This document shows positions 61,706-64,000 of a stretch of DNA of 64,000 nt, in pieces. The translations under genes were made by a program, and so were the position numbers. This DNA comes from an uncultured Chthoniobacter sp. Its GTDB lineage: Bacteria; Verrucomicrobiota; Verrucomicrobiia; Chthoniobacterales; UBA6821. The stretch spans positions 200,920 through 264,919 of the forward strand of contig CAYOAN010000001.1 in assembly GCA_964402065.1 (NCBI GenBank), read 5' to 3'. How positions within the stretch are numbered: the first letter of the stretch is position 1; each line of letters begins with the position of its first letter. The notes below the pieces were generated by a model. The model was given only the letters and a program-made list of their open reading frames with translations. It was not told the origin of the DNA and ran no database searches.

Positions 61706-63130
61706 ATGAAGGAAACTGAATCTTCAACTATTGCAGAACAAGTAGCTATTGACCGTTCGGTTGGCGATTTTCGCTACGATGTCGATTATGCTTTTGATGC
61801 TGGTGTCGGCTTAACAGAAAAAACCATCGATTACATTTGTGATGTAAAAGGTGATCCTGACTGGGTTCGCAAGTTTCGAAAAGAGGGGTACAAGAAATTT
61901 TTAGAGAAACCAATGCCAACGCATTGGGCGAGTAAAGATCTTGAAAATATTGTTTTTGAAAATATTCGCTATTACCTTGCGCAGGGACAGGCTCCTAAAC
62001 GTAGCTGGGAAGAGGTTCCTGAAGAAGTGAAAAAGACTTTCGAGCGCCTTGGTATTCCAGAACAAGAGCGCAAATTTTTAGCTGGTGTTGAAGCTCAGTT
62101 TGATAGCGAAGCGGCTTATTCCAACATTAAAGAGGCTGTAGGCAAACAGGGAGTTATTTTTGTAGGAAGCACCGAAGGCTTACAAAAACACCCTGAAATT
62201 TTTAAAAAATGGTTTGGGAAGGTCATTCCAAGTGGTGATAACAAATTTAGTGCCCTAAATAGCGCTGTCTTTAGCGGTGGAAGTTTTATTTATGTCCCTC
62301 CGGGTGTTAAGGTTTCTCATCCGCTTCAAGCCTACTTCCGGATTAATGCTCAAAACTTTGGGCAGTTCGAGCGAACCCTTATCATTGCTGATGAAGGTTC
62401 AGAAGTAACGTATATGGAGGGGTGTACTGCGCCAAAATTTGAAACAGCAACGCTGCACAGTGCTGTGGTTGAATTAGTCGCATTAAAAGGGGCAAAAATT
62501 CAATATATTACAGTACAGAATTGGAGCTCTAATGTTTTTAATCTCGTAACAAAGCGTGGTCTTGCTCACGAAGATGCTGAGATCAAGTGGATCGATTGTA
62601 ATATTGGTTCACGTCTTACCATGAAATATCCAGGCGTTGTTATGAAAGGGCGTCGTGCGCGTGGAGAAGTGATTTCAATTGCTCTTGCAGGTGATGGCCA
62701 GCATCAAGACACGGGTGCAAAAATGGTTCACGCTGCGGATGAAACAACGAGCAATATCATTTCCAAATCAATTAGCCTTGGGACGGGCCGTGCAACTTAC
62801 CGAGGCATGGTGCATATTCCAAAGCATCTCAAAAAATGCAAAAACAATACGGAATGTGATGCATTGTTGATTAATGCCAATAGCCGTACGGATACTTATC
62901 CTGCGATTACAGTTCGTGGTCAAGGTCACTCGGTTCAGCACGAGGCAAGTGTCAGCCAGATTAATGAAGAGCAAATTTTTTATATGCAACAGCGGGGTCT
63001 CAGTGAGGCTGCTGCAATGAGCTTGGCGGTGAATGGTTTTGTTAATGATCTCGTGCAGCAATTTCCTATGGAATACTCCGTAGAGTTGAAACGCCTGATT
63101 GATCTAGAAATGGAGGGCTCTGTTGGTTAG
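61706..63130 (+). CDS. sufB: Fe-S cluster assembly protein SufB
   Basis: 474 aa. Conserved SufB core ([59 protein letters not shown]). Confidence 0.96.
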   Translation: MKETESSTIAEQVAIDRSVGDFRYDVDYAFDAGVGLTEKTIDYICDVKGDPDWVRKFRKEGYKKFLEKPMPTHWASKDLENIVFENIRYYLAQGQAPKRSWEEVPEEVKKTFERLGIPEQERKFLAGVEAQFDSEAAYSNIKEAVGKQGVIFVGSTEGLQKHPEIFKKWFGKVIPSGDNKFSALNSAVFSGGSFIYVPPGVKVSHPLQAYFRINAQNFGQFERTLIIADEGSEVTYMEGCTAPKFETATLHSAVVELVALKGAKIQYITVQNWSSNVFNLVTKRGLAHEDAEIKWIDCNIGSRLTMKYPGVVMKGRRARGEVISIALAGDGQHQDTGAKMVHAADETTSNIISKSISLGTGRATYRGMVHIPKHLKKCKNNTECDALLINANSRTDTYPAITVRGQGHSVQHEASVSQINEEQIFYMQQRGLSEAAAMSLAVNGFVNDLVQQFPMEYSVELKRLIDLEMEGSVG

Positions 63131-63264
63131 TTTACTTTGTTCCTGCTATTGCGTGAGCTCCGTTGCGACGGGACTCGACGCTTCCAGTATTTCCATATAC
63201 ACTCTTCCTTTTTCTGCGATCGAGCCTTGCTCTTCATCCGTGCTAGCGAATTTTTAATGTACTA
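63128..63264 (+). repeat. Diverged family-1-like element beginning with the sufB stop codon
   Basis: ..CCAGTATTTCCATATACACTC.. compares with GAGTATGAGATATACACTGC. The right end GCTAGCGAATTTTTAATGTACTA compares with GGCTATCATATTTTTTAAAATGCTCTA. Confidence 0.5.
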
Positions 63265-63287
63265 GTTCAAGATGATATGTCTTTCCT

Positions 63288-64000
63288 ATGAATATTGCTT
63301 CACAACATAAAAGTAATTCTGTTTTTCCAAACTGGTTTGCTCAACAACAAGAACTTGCTTGGAAACAATTTCAAGCATTACCAGTGCCAACACGACATGA
63401 TGAGTTGTGGCGGTTTTCCAATTTAAAAAGTCTCGACCTGTCAACGTGGCAGGAAGCTTCTGCGCCGACGGACAGAGATGATTTATTGGCTCTTTCCCAA
63501 GGAATGAACGATGTTGCAGCAAAGCTTGTTTTTTCAAATGATCATTTAATTGCGAGAGAGGCTAACGAACTTCCAGGCGGTGTGTTACTTGTTTCCTTAG
63601 AAGAAGCAGCACGAGATCATGAGGCATTATTAAAAAATTATTTTATGAACCACCCTGCTTTGCTTGGTTCAGCCAAGATCGCAGCGCTTCATCAAGCTCA
63701 ATTGAAAACAGGAGCGTTTCTCTATGTTCCAAGTGGGGTGAAAATTGAAAAGCCTATCGAATTATGGCATTGGAACGATGGCAGCCATGTCGCTACTTTT
63801 CCTCATACCCTTATCGTCTGTGAGGAGGGAAGCTCCGTTTCAGTAGTTGATCATTTTTGCTCAGTAAAAAAGGAAGCGTCTTTTGTCGCAGGCGTTCATG
63901 ATTTGATAGTAAAAGAAAATGCAAATCTGAAGTATGTTGCTGTGCAAAATTCGAATGCTGAGACAACAGCTTTTCACTTGAATACGACGGATGTCAGTAA
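63288..64000 (+). CDS. sufD: Fe-S cluster assembly protein SufD (3'-truncated by the window edge)
   Basis: Open frame from ATG 63288 to the window end (MNIASQHKSNSVFPNWFAQQQELAWKQFQALPVPTRHDELWRFSNL..LYVPSGVKIEKPIEL..). Not in the ORF track because no stop is reached. Confidence 0.9.
   Translation, partial: MNIASQHKSNSVFPNWFAQQQELAWKQFQALPVPTRHDELWRFSNLKSLDLSTWQEASAPTDRDDLLALSQGMNDVAAKLVFSNDHLIAREANELPGGVLLVSLEEAARDHEALLKNYFMNHPALLGSAKIAALHQAQLKTGAFLYVPSGVKIEKPIELWHWNDGSHVATFPHTLIVCEEGSSVSVVDHFCSVKKEASFVAGVHDLIVKENANLKYVAVQNSNAETTAFHLNTTDVS

Noticed and set aside
63286-63537. 83-aa minus-strand ORF
   Set aside because: It lies antisense within the clearly SufD-like open frame that starts at 63288 and runs off the window.

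Overview
This is a 64-kb chromosomal window from a moderately AT-rich diderm bacterium. Gene content and order are compatible with a PVC/Verrucomicrobia-like organism, but the taxon cannot be established from this sequence alone. I support about 57 protein-coding genes. I found no rRNA, tRNA or CRISPR array by eye. Layout: (i) 0.2-34 kb holds mostly housekeeping genes: guaA, coaD, yceD-rpmF-plsX-fabH, purA, prmA, uppS, mfd, a SurA-like PPIase, ileS-lspA, a SulP/beta-carbonic-anhydrase fusion, a GT39 enzyme, a DEAD-box helicase, an Rpn-type nuclease, a sialate O-acetylesterase and ffh-rpsP. (ii) 35.1-55.7 kb is a same-strand surface-polysaccharide cluster of 17 genes. It begins with an MsbA-like ABC exporter, followed by rfbF-rfbG-rfbH-type CDP-3,6-dideoxyhexose genes, a NeuB-like synthase with a KdsC-like phosphatase, a ThDP enzyme, SDRs and an RmlD-like reductase. 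It ends with an FkbM methyltransferase and a GtrB/CsbB-like GT2 paired with a YfhO-like GT-C. (iii) 55.8-59.5 kb is the most unusual part. It contains two diverged direct copies of a two-gene cassette, each with its own sigma70-like promoter. Each copy encodes a 253/254-aa signal-peptide protein with a GH75-chitosanase/DPBB-like motif set and a tightly coupled 204-aa signal-peptide partner. The copies are separated by a decayed VOC (YaeR-like) pseudogene and repeat debris. I interpret the cassette as a candidate secreted glycan-hydrolase effector with an immunity/inhibitor partner. The mosaic identity pattern suggests it diversifies by recombination. This is a hypothesis. (iv) 59.7-64 kb holds a degenerate SDR gene bracketed by inverted repeats, then sufC-sufB-sufD (sufD runs off the window). 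Three classes of short non-coding repeats lie over this. The first is a MITE-like palindromic element of about 100-140 bp (family 1, about 9 copies), often abutting or supplying stop codons. The second is a repeat of about 120 bp carrying a conserved hairpin (family 2, 4-6 copies). The third is arrays of 2-5 tandem CTGTAAC-like heptads immediately upstream of at least 11 start codons. All similarity statements come from reading the sequence and recalling family motifs. No database search or computation was run.
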